DNA from: an uncultured delta proteobacterium
Lineage (GTDB): Bacteria > Myxococcota_A > Polyangia > Polyangiales > B10-G4
DNA: 64,000 nt
Direction: 5' to 3'
Assembly (NCBI GenBank): GCA_963727445.1
Contig: CAVSGI010000013.1
Span: forward strand, 81,316 to 145,315
Part shown: one piece after another, positions 39,622 to 49,656 of the stretch
Numbering within the stretch: the stretch's first letter is position 1
Layout of the letters: each line of letters begins with the position of its first letter
The notes under the pieces: model-generated
Told to the model about the DNA's origin: nothing
The model's input: only the letters and a program-made list of their open reading frames with translations
Database searches by the model: none
Program-made: the position numbers and the translations under genes

Positions 39622-41247
39622 TCAGGCGCCTTTCGGGCTCAGGCGGGTCAGGGTGGGGTTGGCGAAGGTGGTGTCCTCGAGCGCGTATTCGACGGCGCGG
39701 CCGCTGCGAACGGCCTCACAGGCGCCATCGTCCACGAGGGTCTTGAGAGCCTGTTGCACGGTCCGTAAGGCGATTCCCAGCGTCGCGGCCACGTCGCGCG
39801 CCGAGGCGCGACCCCCGCGGGCAGCCAGGAAGCGGAGAATGAGCTCGTCGGTTTCGGGCGCGCAGCGCGGGTCGGGGATGGCGCTCGTGCAGAGCGGCAG
39901 GAGCGCGTAGCCGCCTTCCTCGGTGCGATCGATGGCGCCTCGGTCTCCGATCTCTTCACGCATGCGACGGACGAGCTGACGGAGTGCGCTTCCGTGCTGG
40001 GCCTGCTCGTATTCGAAACCGTACACCGCCCGAAAGAGCGCAGCGTCGTCGAGGCCCTCGGGACCGGCGAAAGCGAGGATTGAGAGCGCCGTGTTGGTTC
40101 GCGCGTGGGCCAGGGTGTGGCCGCGCGCTGCACCGGGATCGACGAGACCGAGAGCCGGCCGGAGGACGCGACGCGCCGAGGCATCCTTGCGCAAGAGCAC
40201 GAAGGCGCCCGCGATCTCGTTCCCGTCGTCGTCGACATCGGGCATGCAGAGCCCCGTCAGTGCGGGAGGCGTGGCCGGTGAGGTCCCGTCCAGGAATCCA
40301 CGCGTCTGCTCGGGCGCGGCTCTGACGACCACGGCGGGATCGACGGCCGATAGGAGGCTCACCGCGTCGCGGAGAAGCGGGCTCGCCGGGGCTGTCGAAG
40401 CGCTGAGCCGCGATGCAGCGTGGGTGAACAGAGGGAGGTCACCGTCGTGCGCGGCGGCGAGAAGCTCCGCAGCCGCGCGGGTAGCGATCGCCGGCCGCTC
40501 GTTCGAGATCGCACCGGCGACGGCGGATCCCGCAGCGTCGCTCGCGCCGGCCAGGAGGAGCTCCCAGGCGACGAGCCCGCGCAGAGGCGAAGGAACCACC
40601 GCTGCGAGGGCGCCGAGGATGCGCGCGGCGAGATGCGGCATCCCGCTGTGCCGCCGGATCCGCGCCAGCACGAGGTTCGCGAGATACTCGGGCGCCAGGA
40701 TCCCCTCCGTTCGCGCCATCCGGGAAGCGCGCCGTGCGAGCGCGACCGCGTCGGCCAGCGCGTCGTGGCTCAACGCGACCAGAGCCCGCTGAGAAGTCGT
40801 GATCACGACGAGATCGGACAGCCCTGCCCGACTCGCTTCCTCGGTGATCGGCTGAAGGTCCTCCGAGGATCCACTCTTCAGATACGCCGTCCAGGCCGTG
40901 ACCGACGCCCAGCCCAGTCGCGCGCGCTCGTCGCCGTGCTGGGCAAGAGCGGCGATTTTTTCAGCGACGCGCTCGAGCGCGGCGGGGTCCATCGCGAAGA
41001 CGAAGCGAAGCGCGGCGTCGAGGCACGCCTCCACCAGCGCCGCCCGCTCCCGTGGATCGGAAGCGTCGTCGACCCACCGCATGTCGAGCGGCGGAACGCG
41101 TTCGTCGACCAGAGAGAGCCGCGAACGGAGCGCGAGCGACCACGCCAGATCCGTGCGACGTCCCTCGGCGTCGAGCGCCGCGATGGCTTCCACCACCGCC
41201 GTGAAGTCGCCGCGACCGGCGTCTCCGTGCACCCGCACCGGATCCAT
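39622..41247 (-). CDS. hypothetical Ala-rich protein with C-terminal winged-helix-like DNA-binding segment
   Basis: C-terminal ILRFLAARGGRASARDVAATLGIALRTVQQALKTLVDDGACEAV resembles a wHTH. The start is placed at MDPVRVHGD...; the upstream ORF extension is Pro/Ser-rich nonsense. Confidence 0.5.
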   Translation of the reverse strand: MDPVRVHGDAGRGDFTAVVEAIAALDAEGRRTDLAWSLALRSRLSLVDERVPPLDMRWVDDASDPRERAALVEACLDAALRFVFAMDPAALERVAEKIAALAQHGDERARLGWASVTAWTAYLKSGSSEDLQPITEEASRAGLSDLVVITTSQRALVALSHDALADAVALARRASRMARTEGILAPEYLANLVLARIRRHSGMPHLAARILGALAAVVPSPLRGLVAWELLLAGASDAAGSAVAGAISNERPAIATRAAAELLAAAHDGDLPLFTHAASRLSASTAPASPLLRDAVSLLSAVDPAVVVRAAPEQTRGFLDGTSPATPPALTGLCMPDVDDDGNEIAGAFVLLRKDASARRVLRPALGLVDPGAARGHTLAHARTNTALSILAFAGPEGLDDAALFRAVYGFEYEQAQHGSALRQLVRRMREEIGDRGAIDRTEEGGYALLPLCTSAIPDPRCAPETDELILRFLAARGGRASARDVAATLGIALRTVQQALKTLVDDGACEAVRSGRAVEYALEDTTFANPTLTRLSPKGA

Positions 41248-41272
41248 GGCGCCCAATATAGCGCGTGGCCGA

Positions 41273-43174
41273 TCAGGGGGCGGAGCGCTGATCGGCGCCG
41301 ATGTCCCATGGCCCACTGGTGGGCCTGAGCTCTTCGTCGATGTCGCGCGCGAGCGCCGGCTCGTCGGTGAGAGCGCGACCGGCACCGATGGCGGGGGAGC
41401 CATCCGGAAGATGGAGGTCGGTGGTGAACATCCCCGAGGAGACGTTCTGGATGGAGTCGGCGCCGGGAGCCGTATCGTCATCGGACATGTTGTTGGAGCT
41501 GGCCATGACGTCGAAGTGGCCGCGTCGCTGGTTCTCCTCGCTGCAGCGCATGTCGGCCGGTGTCGATCCGTCGATCGCCCCGGACAGGAAGAACGCCCCC
41601 GCCTGCAGCGGGTTCATGCACTCACCATCCCGGCCGTAGCGTATCCCGTAGGCGATCACGTTGCGGAGCGTCATGACGGATGCCCTGCCGTCGTACATCC
41701 CGACGCAGCCCAGGTACTCCGAATACATGTGCTTCTTGCAGCCGACGACGGTGGTGTTCTCCACGAAGACACGTGTGTCGTTCACTCGGTTGACGAGGAT
41801 CCCGGCGCGCGCGACGTCGTGGATGAAGGTGTTGCGGATCGTCAACGTGGCGCCGGGCTGGTCGAGGGAGATGCCGTTTGCGCCCACTTCGGGATCGGGG
41901 CCGCCGGTCTCGTAGCCCTCGTCTTCGATCAGCAGCGACTCGATCGTCACGTCACTGGCGAGCACGTGGATGGCGTCTGCGTCCTGTCCCTCGTCGGCCC
42001 AGCCGGTGATGCTCAGCCACTGGATCCGCGTGAAATCGTCGCGAATTTCGATCGCGTGAACGTACTCGGGCGCAGCCGGATCTGGCGGATCCGGGATCAC
42101 CTGGACGCCTGCGCCCCCGACGCCGTGATGTCGATGACCGGGAGCCGCGGTGAGCATGAGGTAGTGGGCGATGTCGGTGGTCGATCCATCGATGATCACC
42201 TCGTCCCGAAGGGGCGCGTCTGCATAGCAGACGCCGACCTCCAGCGTACGTCTCGTGGACAGGTCGCCCCCCTGCCCCTCTTCCCAGTCGGGCAGGCTGG
42301 TGTATGCGCGGCGAATCTCGAAGGGCGCGTCCATGGCGCTCGCGCTCGTCGGCGGCTGCTGAAGCACCAGCCGCCGATCGTCGACGCGACCCAGGACGAA
42401 GAGCTCCTCGGTCGAGGGCGGAAAGACGATCTGATCGCCCGTGCCTACGTCTGGAGGCAGATCGACCGTGAAGGTGACGTGAGTCGGCTCCACCACATCG
42501 ATGGTGGCACCGGTGTCCGTCGCGACCGGATCGAAGCGCGCCCCGATCGATCGGAACACGACGCGCGCCGAGTCACACTCCTCCGCCGGCGCGCAGGGCC
42601 AGTCGGAAGGCCAATCCGGAATCGTCCAGTCCACACCGGCATCGGGCATCCCGGCGTCCACGCCCGGGCATGCAATGGGCTCGGAGCGGCTCACCCCGGC
42701 TTCGTCGCTCGAGGGCTCGACGCAAGCCGGCGCGCACTCACCCGCGACGCAGGTGGTCCGGTCGCCGCAATCGAGCCGGTCGAGGCATCCCGCCTCGAAC
42801 CGCAGCCACACGTGCAGGCGCTGTCCCTCGCGGAAAGCGCCAATGGCGCGCTGCTCGGCGAAAGCCGCTCCCGCGTCGTCCAACAACTCGCCCAGGATCT
42901 GAAAGCCCGCGGTAGCACCCCCGCTCCCCGGCTGCAGCGGCTGAGTGAAAGGAAACGAAACACGGGCATCCGGTCCCGTCACGCTCTCGGTCTGCACCTC
43001 CGGCGCTCCACCGTCACGGACCACGGTCACCCTCACCGAGGCGGCACGGGCGCGCGACGCATCGTCGGCATCGAAATGGACGAGCACCTGCGTGCCTACG
43101 TCGTCGCTGCACCCTCCGAGCGGAGAGGAGAGCACCAAGACGAGCGCGAGGGCGCGGAGGACGCACGACCGCAT
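41273..43174 (-). CDS. lipoprotein with parallel beta-helix (pectate-lyase-like) domain
   Basis: MRSCVLRALALVLVLSSPLGGC lipobox. The C-terminal half carries beta-helix repeats (NTFIHDVARAGILVNRVNDTRVFVENTTVVG...). Confidence 0.65.
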   Translation of the reverse strand: MRSCVLRALALVLVLSSPLGGCSDDVGTQVLVHFDADDASRARAASVRVTVVRDGGAPEVQTESVTGPDARVSFPFTQPLQPGSGGATAGFQILGELLDDAGAAFAEQRAIGAFREGQRLHVWLRFEAGCLDRLDCGDRTTCVAGECAPACVEPSSDEAGVSRSEPIACPGVDAGMPDAGVDWTIPDWPSDWPCAPAEECDSARVVFRSIGARFDPVATDTGATIDVVEPTHVTFTVDLPPDVGTGDQIVFPPSTEELFVLGRVDDRRLVLQQPPTSASAMDAPFEIRRAYTSLPDWEEGQGGDLSTRRTLEVGVCYADAPLRDEVIIDGSTTDIAHYLMLTAAPGHRHHGVGGAGVQVIPDPPDPAAPEYVHAIEIRDDFTRIQWLSITGWADEGQDADAIHVLASDVTIESLLIEDEGYETGGPDPEVGANGISLDQPGATLTIRNTFIHDVARAGILVNRVNDTRVFVENTTVVGCKKHMYSEYLGCVGMYDGRASVMTLRNVIAYGIRYGRDGECMNPLQAGAFFLSGAIDGSTPADMRCSEENQRRGHFDVMASSNNMSDDDTAPGADSIQNVSSGMFTTDLHLPDGSPAIGAGRALTDEPALARDIDEELRPTSGPWDIGADQRSAP

Positions 43175-43317
43175 GCGACGAGGTTAGAGGGAACTCATCT
43201 CGGTGTGTAGTCGCGACGGCGAGGCTTCGACTCGGTCGATCGATCAAACGCAGCCGCTGACGGCGGAAATCACAGCAGCTTCGCAAAGCGGCGCTTTCGC
43301 GTTAGAAAGCGCCGGCC

Positions 43318-44091
43318 ATGAACCAGCCCGTTCCCCAGCAGCCGAGCCCCGGCCAGCCGATGCCAGGACAGCCAGCACCGGCGCCCGCGGCGCAAGTCGT
43401 TCACGAGATCACCCACGGTCCGTCCTTCGCGATGCTCCGCTTCGACCTGGCGCCGGGCCAGGTGGTGGTCGCCGAAGCCGGCTCCATGGTCGCGCGGCAC
43501 AGCGGCGTGAACATGGAGGTGAAGATGAACGCGGGTCGCTCCCCCGGGCTGTTCGCGAAGCTGAAGGCCTTCCTCATCGCCATGATCCGCAAGGTCATCG
43601 GCGGCGAGACCTTCTTCGTGAACCACTTCTCGGCGCCTCAGGGCGGCAGCGTGTGGGTGGCGCCGACGCTCTCCGGGCAGATCGGCTACCGCCGGATGAA
43701 CGGCGAGCGGCTGGTGCTCTCCTCGGGCGCCTACGTCGCTCACTCGGGCGAGATCGACATGAAGATGAAGTTCGGCGGGCTCAAGTCGCTCCTCGCCAAA
43801 GAGGGCGCGTTCATGCTCGACGTCTCGGGCGTCGGCGACCTCTGGTTCAACAGCTACGGCGGCATCCACGCGGTCGACGTGAACGGCAGCTACATCGTCG
43901 ACAACGGCCACCTCGTCGGATACGAGGGCAACCTCACCTTCGACATCAAGAGCGCGGGCGGAGGTCTGATGGGCTTCGTCGCGTCGGGCGAAGGCATGGT
44001 CGCGGAGTTCCATGGCCAGGGCCGCGTCTACATCCAGTCCCGCAACCTCGGCTCACTCGTCGGCTGGCTGACGAGCATCCTGCCCGGCTGA
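43318..44091 (+). CDS. AIM24 (TIGR00266/DUF124) family protein 1, with Pro/Gln-rich N-terminal extension
   Basis: GGETFFVNHFSA...GGIHAVDVNGSYIVDNGHLVGYEG...FHGQGRVYIQSRN matches the AIM24 signature. Confidence 0.8.
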   Translation: MNQPVPQQPSPGQPMPGQPAPAPAAQVVHEITHGPSFAMLRFDLAPGQVVVAEAGSMVARHSGVNMEVKMNAGRSPGLFAKLKAFLIAMIRKVIGGETFFVNHFSAPQGGSVWVAPTLSGQIGYRRMNGERLVLSSGAYVAHSGEIDMKMKFGGLKSLLAKEGAFMLDVSGVGDLWFNSYGGIHAVDVNGSYIVDNGHLVGYEGNLTFDIKSAGGGLMGFVASGEGMVAEFHGQGRVYIQSRNLGSLVGWLTSILPG

Positions 44092-44103
44092 AGGAGCGAA
44101 GAG

Positions 44104-44778
44104 ATGAACGTAGACATCGGATATCGCCCCGCGCAGGCCATGGCGCGCGTCTCGCTCTCCGCCGGCGAATCGGTCGTCGCCGAGTCGGGCGCGATGGTCG
44201 GGATGAGCACCAACGTCCACATGCAGACGCAGTCGGGTGGGCTCCTCAAAGGTCTCAAGCGGATGTTCGGCGGCGAGTCGTTCTTCCGAAACACCTTCAC
44301 CGCCCAGCAGGGACAGGGCGAGGTGCTCCTCGCCCACAGCCTCCCCGGCGACATGGAAGTGCTGGAGATGACCGAGCACGGCTACTTCATCCAGTCCGCG
44401 AGCTTCATCGCGTCGACACCCAACGTAAACATCGAGACCAAGGTCGGCGGCTTCAAGACCTTCTTCGCTGGTGAGGGCGTCTTCGTGCTCAAGGCGACGG
44501 CGACCGAGTTCGGCCAGTGCATCGTCGGCGCGTTCGGCGGCATCCAGATGATCCCCTGCGACGGCAACCTGGTCATCGACACCGGACATCTCGTCGCCTG
44601 GGACGCGACCCTCGAGTACTCGGTCGGCAGGAGCGCGGGCGGATGGATCGCGTCGTTCCTCTCGGGCGAGGGTCTCGTCTGTCACTTCAAGGGTCAGGGG
44701 CGCATCTGGATCCAGACGCGCAACCCAGGCGAGTTCGGCGGGACCATCGGTCCCATGCTTCCGCCGAGGAAGGGCTAG
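44104..44778 (+). CDS. AIM24 family protein 2
   Basis: GGESFFRNTFTA...GNLVIDTGHLVAWDA...FKGQGRIWIQTRN. Confidence 0.8.
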   Translation: MNVDIGYRPAQAMARVSLSAGESVVAESGAMVGMSTNVHMQTQSGGLLKGLKRMFGGESFFRNTFTAQQGQGEVLLAHSLPGDMEVLEMTEHGYFIQSASFIASTPNVNIETKVGGFKTFFAGEGVFVLKATATEFGQCIVGAFGGIQMIPCDGNLVIDTGHLVAWDATLEYSVGRSAGGWIASFLSGEGLVCHFKGQGRIWIQTRNPGEFGGTIGPMLPPRKG

Positions 44779-44781
44779 ACC

Positions 44782-45465
44782 ATGCGTTACGAGCTCCTCG
44801 ACAAGCCCGACTTCGGCATGGTCCGAGTCTACTTCGATCAGCCCGGCGAGTCGGTCCTCGCCGAATCGGACGCGATGGTCGCGCGCGACAGCGGCATCGA
44901 GATGAAGACCTCGATGCAGGGCGGGCTCCTGAACGCCGCCAAGCGCAAGCTCCTCGGCGGCGAGAGCCTCTTTCAGAACACCTTCACCTCGACCCAGCCC
45001 GGTCAGACGCTGTGGCTCGCGCCGGGGCCCGAGGGTGACGTCGAGGCGCTGGAGATGGATGGACACCACGAGGTGTTCCTCCAGTCGCGGGCGTACATGG
45101 CGTCAGCGCCGACGGTGGTGCTGGATACGAAGTGGGGCGGCGCAAAGGGCTTCTTCAGCGGCACCGGGATGTTCCTGTTGAAGTGCAGTGGCCACGGTCC
45201 GCTCTTCTTCAACTCCTATGGCGGCATCCACGCGGTGGACGTCGGCCCCGCTGGCTATGTCTGCGACACCAGCCACGTGGTCGGCTTCACCTCGGGCCTC
45301 TCCTACAACGTGTCGCGCGTGGGCGGCATCAAGAGCCTCTTCTTCAGCGGCGAGGGTCTGGTGTGCAACTTCCACGGACAGGGAAGGCTGTGGATCTCGA
45401 CGCGTAACTCGGCCGCGCTCGCCACTTTCATCCATCCCTACAGGCCGGTCCAACGGAACGGCTGA
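44782..45465 (+). CDS. AIM24 family protein 3
   Basis: GGESLFQNTFTS...GGIHAVDVGPAGYVCDTSHVVGF...FHGQGRLWISTRN. Only 3 nt after gene 2. Confidence 0.8.
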   Translation: MRYELLDKPDFGMVRVYFDQPGESVLAESDAMVARDSGIEMKTSMQGGLLNAAKRKLLGGESLFQNTFTSTQPGQTLWLAPGPEGDVEALEMDGHHEVFLQSRAYMASAPTVVLDTKWGGAKGFFSGTGMFLLKCSGHGPLFFNSYGGIHAVDVGPAGYVCDTSHVVGFTSGLSYNVSRVGGIKSLFFSGEGLVCNFHGQGRLWISTRNSAALATFIHPYRPVQRNG

Positions 45466-47777
45466 TGCGGGCCTCAGGATTTGGGGCCGCCTTCGTCACC
45501 GCGCTTCTGATCGCGGCGAACGCTCAGGCACAGGACGCAGAACAGCAACGCCTCGAGGAAGAGCGCACCATCGCGCGGATCGTGGCCACCTCGGGCGTGG
45601 GTGGGGACCTCGGCCATCCGGTGTGCAACGGCGAGCAGACCCTCGAGGACACACCCTACGCCAACCTCACGCCGCAGCTGATGAGCTTCGCGGCGCGAGA
45701 GGACCATCCGCTGATCTTCGACACCGGCTCGCTCCTGACGCCGGGCGCCGTGGCGCGCTTCGCCGCCTACGAAGAGCCCGAGCGCATGGCGGAGCTGATC
45801 GAGGAGCTCGGCTACAGGGCGCTGATCTTCGGGCCCAACGAGCTCGCCGCCGCACGCGGCTCGATGCTACGCGCGTTCCGCGCGCTTCGTGAGCGAGGGA
45901 TCCCCGGGATCGCCAGCAACCTCTTCTGTCTGCCCGACGGGCCGGCGGCGGAGCTCTGTGAGGTTCTCGTCGACGGAAGCGACGGACCGTCGATCCACAT
46001 CGTGAACGGCCATCGGGTCGCGCTGGTCTCGGTGATGCCCAACGACACCCTCGAAGCGCTGGCGCCGAACCTCGCCGCGGGGCTGCGCGCGACGCCGCCC
46101 CTCGAAGGGATGACCAGCGCGGTGCGGCGGGCGCGCGCCGCCGGAGCCGAGATCGTGATCGGCGTCATCGACCACGGCGCGAACGTCTCCGATGCCCCCG
46201 GCAAAGCCATCGAGCTCGCGACCGCGCTCCCCGAAGACGCGCGTCCCAACATCCTCTTCGCGCCCGGCGCCGGAGATCAGATGGTCTTCGCGAGGCCGCC
46301 GACGGTGCGCCCCGCCATCGTCGCCGCACAGCCGGGCGGCGCGCTCGACATCCGCGTACGCGAGGACTACGTCAGCGCGATCTACGACATCATGGCGCGC
46401 CCGGTCGTCCCCTCGGTGCGCGTCGCGCCCGCCTTCACGCGATGGTCTCTACAGACGGGCCGCCGCTACTGCGAGCGGTGGGGGCAGCGCCTGCCGGGCG
46501 GACACCTGCACGAGCCGATCACCGGACGGGGCATGCTCGAGCTCGCTGCGGGCGTGCTGCGTCTGCGCTCGGACACCGAGCTGGCGATCGTCGACCAGGG
46601 CGTGCTGAGCCGGCAGTGGTTTCCACCGGACGGGGACGCGCTCACCGGCAGCGACGTCTTCGTGGCGATGCAGTACGACGAGCAGATCGTCGTCGCCGAC
46701 GTGCCGGCGACGTGGCTTCAGAGCGTCGCGCAGAAGCTCGAAGAGGGGTACCTGGTCGTTCCGGGCCTGGAGTGGGACGGTTCGAAGGCGACGGTCAACG
46801 GACGGCCGCTCGAGATCGGCGGCACCTATCGCGTCTCGACGCTCCACTTCCTCGCCGCCGGCGGCGCCGGCGCCCTGCCCGATCTTCCCGAGGACGAGCA
46901 CTGGCAGCCCCTGGAGCACGCGTCGATTCGCGCCGCGCTCCTCGACTTCCTGAGCCAGCCACGCGACGAGGATCCGCGGGCCGCGATCCGCGATCCCGCC
47001 GACGACCTCGAGTGGAACTTCCGCGTGGACTTCGACGCGCGCATGGCCGGCACCACCGTCACCAATCCCACCAACGCCGATGGGTCGGCGATCTACTCCG
47101 CGGCGCAGCTCGGCCGAAACAACAGCATCACTTTCGGCTTCATGAGCCAGCTGGAAGCGAACGCGGCCTCGCGGAGCTGGGGCTGGGAGAACGTGGGCGT
47201 CGCGCGCTATCGAACGACGCAGACCAACACCGATCCCTTCGCCGAAGGTGACGACATCCTCTCCCTTCGTTCCACGGTGGCCTACCGGCGCTTTCACAGC
47301 GACAACGATTACTTCTACGTGCCGCAGCCCTACGTCGAGAACTACCTCGAGAGCGAGTTCACCCAGCCCAATACCCGCAACTACCACCACCTCCTCTACC
47401 GCCCGACGGGTGGCTTGCGTTTCCTGATAACCCAGCACCTGACGTTCAAGGCTGGCGCCGGCATCGTCACCGAGCTCCTCGATCCCACCCACGAAGTGAA
47501 CTTCGGATTCTCCGCTCAGCTCGTGCTCGCGCCGTGGACCGTCATCGTGGAGGGGACGCGCAAGCTCACCACCCAGTACACCTTCGACTACTTCCTGACG
47601 CCGCAGAGCCAGGAGCTGCGCGGGCGCTGGGACACGACGCTGGACATCGCCGGCCCTTTTCAGATGGTCTTCGGCTTCCAGCTCTTCGGCCGCAAGGAGC
47701 CGGGCCAGGATCTGGGCTTCGCCTTCGACGCCACGGCCGGCTTGCGGATCGCCTGGTTCGGTCGGGTCGGGCCGTAG
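45465..47777 (+). CDS. secreted protein: degenerate 5'-nucleotidase/metallophosphatase-like N-terminal region fused to a C-terminal beta-barrel-like (outer-membrane?) domain
   Basis: The start overlaps the stop of AIM24-3 (TGATG). Signal MRASGFGAAFVTALLIAANAQAQ. Metallophosphatase-like blocks have degenerate metal ligands (GPNE instead of GNHE). The last 300 aa or so show alternating amphipathic beta strands ending ...GLRIAWFGRVGP. Confidence 0.55.
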   Translation: MRASGFGAAFVTALLIAANAQAQDAEQQRLEEERTIARIVATSGVGGDLGHPVCNGEQTLEDTPYANLTPQLMSFAAREDHPLIFDTGSLLTPGAVARFAAYEEPERMAELIEELGYRALIFGPNELAAARGSMLRAFRALRERGIPGIASNLFCLPDGPAAELCEVLVDGSDGPSIHIVNGHRVALVSVMPNDTLEALAPNLAAGLRATPPLEGMTSAVRRARAAGAEIVIGVIDHGANVSDAPGKAIELATALPEDARPNILFAPGAGDQMVFARPPTVRPAIVAAQPGGALDIRVREDYVSAIYDIMARPVVPSVRVAPAFTRWSLQTGRRYCERWGQRLPGGHLHEPITGRGMLELAAGVLRLRSDTELAIVDQGVLSRQWFPPDGDALTGSDVFVAMQYDEQIVVADVPATWLQSVAQKLEEGYLVVPGLEWDGSKATVNGRPLEIGGTYRVSTLHFLAAGGAGALPDLPEDEHWQPLEHASIRAALLDFLSQPRDEDPRAAIRDPADDLEWNFRVDFDARMAGTTVTNPTNADGSAIYSAAQLGRNNSITFGFMSQLEANAASRSWGWENVGVARYRTTQTNTDPFAEGDDILSLRSTVAYRRFHSDNDYFYVPQPYVENYLESEFTQPNTRNYHHLLYRPTGGLRFLITQHLTFKAGAGIVTELLDPTHEVNFGFSAQLVLAPWTVIVEGTRKLTTQYTFDYFLTPQSQELRGRWDTTLDIAGPFQMVFGFQLFGRKEPGQDLGFAFDATAGLRIAWFGRVGP

Positions 47778-47823
47778 CCTGCGCTGGCGACATCGCCCGC
47801 CGCGGGCGGTATCGTCGGCGCCG

Positions 47824-48900
47824 ATGGAGCCGATCAACCTCCGCGACCTCGAAGCGCTGGCCGCCGAGAAGGTCGAGAAGACCGCGTGGGACTACTACCG
47901 GAGCGGCGCTCACGACGAGCACACGCTCCGCGACAACGTCGCCGCGTGGTCGCGCTACAAGCTCCACTACCGCGTGCTGGTGGACGTGTCGGTGCGCAGC
48001 ACGAAAGCGACGGTGCTCGGCCACGAGGTCTCGGCGCCGATCCTCGTCGCGCCCACGGCGTTCCATCGCCTCGCCCATCCCGAAGGCGAGCTGGCGACGG
48101 TGCGCGGCGCCGGTGAGGCGGGGTCCATCTTCGTCCTCTCGAGCCTCTCGAACACCGCCATGGAGGACGTCGTCGCCGCGGCGAGCGGGCCCGTCTTCTT
48201 TCAGCTCTACGTCTACAAGGATCGCGGGGCCACCAAGGCGCTTGTCGAGCGCGCTGAAGCGGCGGGTTGCCAGGCGATCGTGCTCACGGTGGATGCGCCG
48301 CTGCTCGGGACGCGGGAGCGCGACGTGCGCAACCGCTTTCATCTGCCCGAAGGGCTCGAGGTGAAGAACGTCTCGGCGCTGGGGCGCGGCGACGTCGCCG
48401 ATCCGGGCGCCGGCAAGAGCGGTCTCGCCGAGTACGTGACGGAGCAGCTCGACGCCTCGCTCACCTTTGCCGACGTGGAGTGGCTGGCGTCGATGACGAA
48501 GCTGCCGGTGCTCGTGAAGGGGGTGGTGCGCGGAGACGACGCCATCCGCGCGGTGGAGCACGGCGCGCGCGGCATCGTCGTCTCGAACCACGGCGGGCGG
48601 CAGCTCGACGGGGCGATCGCGAGCGCCGACGCGCTGCCGGGCGTCGCGCTCGCGGTCGGCGACCGGGCGGAGGTGCTCGTCGACGGCGGGATCCGTCGCG
48701 GCGTGGACGTGCTTCGCGCGCTCGCGCTCGGCGCCAAAGCGGTGCTCATCGGACGGCCGATCCTCTGGGGGCTGACGGTGGGCGGCGCCGATGGCGTCGC
48801 CTTGGCGCTGGGGATGCTGGGCCGAGAGCTCGACCTGGCGATGGCCCTCGCGGGCTGCCCAACGGTGGGAGATGTGACGGTAGATCTTCTGGATCGTTGA
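47824..48900 (+). CDS. FMN-dependent alpha-hydroxy acid dehydrogenase/oxidase (L-lactate dehydrogenase / glycolate oxidase family)
   Basis: AWDYYRSGA, ...PILVAPTAF..., ...SNHGGRQLD..., GGIRRG motifs. Confidence 0.85.
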   Translation: MEPINLRDLEALAAEKVEKTAWDYYRSGAHDEHTLRDNVAAWSRYKLHYRVLVDVSVRSTKATVLGHEVSAPILVAPTAFHRLAHPEGELATVRGAGEAGSIFVLSSLSNTAMEDVVAAASGPVFFQLYVYKDRGATKALVERAEAAGCQAIVLTVDAPLLGTRERDVRNRFHLPEGLEVKNVSALGRGDVADPGAGKSGLAEYVTEQLDASLTFADVEWLASMTKLPVLVKGVVRGDDAIRAVEHGARGIVVSNHGGRQLDGAIASADALPGVALAVGDRAEVLVDGGIRRGVDVLRALALGAKAVLIGRPILWGLTVGGADGVALALGMLGRELDLAMALAGCPTVGDVTVDLLDR

Positions 48901-48972
48901 GGATTCCCAAGAAACGACACTTTGTATCACATTGTGACTGGCGCACGTGTCACGGTGTGTTACATACAGGGC

Positions 48973-49443
48973 ATGTCGTCGGAGCCACCCGAGCCGCCCA
49001 AAAAGGAGAAGGTCCTTCACACCCGCGTCCCCGCGGTCCTCGAGCAGGAGCTGAAGGAGCTGGCGAAGAACCTCCGCGTCCCCGTCTCGAACGTGGTGCG
49101 GACCATCCTCGAGGACGCGGTCGACACCGTGGACGTGATGGGCCGCCGCGCGGAGAGCGAGCTCCGCGGCGCCGCCGAGCGGCTGGCGAAGGGCGCGACC
49201 GAGCCGCGCGCGAAGAAGCCCGCCGTGAAGAAGGCGCCGCTCGCCGGCGTGATCGGCTACCAGACGCTCCGCCTCGCGCGCGACGAGGAGTGCACGCTCT
49301 GCGGCGCCCTGCTCCCACGCGGTACCGAAGCACATCTCGGCATTCGCGACGACGCAGGGCCCCGCGTCCTGCTGGGCGACGAATGCCTGCCCTTCAGAGC
49401 GAGAGAAGAAGGCGACGAGGAGTCGCCAAAGGACGAGTCATGA
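48973..49443 (+). CDS. hypothetical protein with N-terminal ribbon-helix-helix-like DNA-binding motif and Cys-containing C-terminus
   Basis: VLHTRVPAVLEQELKELAKNLRVPVSNVVRTILEDAV fits the RHH beta-alpha-alpha pattern. C-terminus CTLCGALLPRG...DECLPF. Confidence 0.45.
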   Translation: MSSEPPEPPKKEKVLHTRVPAVLEQELKELAKNLRVPVSNVVRTILEDAVDTVDVMGRRAESELRGAAERLAKGATEPRAKKPAVKKAPLAGVIGYQTLRLARDEECTLCGALLPRGTEAHLGIRDDAGPRVLLGDECLPFRAREEGDEESPKDES

Positions 49444-49652
49444 ACCAAGAAGCACGAACCGAAGAAGCGACCGAAACCACCACCGCCGCCGAAGAAGCCG
49501 TCGGCGCCCTCTTCACCGTGGGCCGCCTCTGGGCGAGCCACGGCCTGAACCTCGCGCGCCTGGCCCTCGAGACGAGCGCCAAGACCCTCGAGACCACCGC
49601 CGACGCGCTCGGCGACGCCTCAGAGCGGATCGGACGCGACGAAGCCGAGTGA
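49441..49652 (+). CDS. small acidic hypothetical protein (70 aa), translationally coupled (ATGA) to upstream gene
   Basis: The ATG overlaps the upstream TGA. Lies in a different frame of the long spurious ORF 48267-49652. Confidence 0.35.
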
Positions 49653-49656
49653 TCTT

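Noticed and set aside
40898-43210. 770-aa plus-strand ORF
   Set aside because: Antisense to the beta-helix lipoprotein and the wHTH protein; GC-skew artefact.
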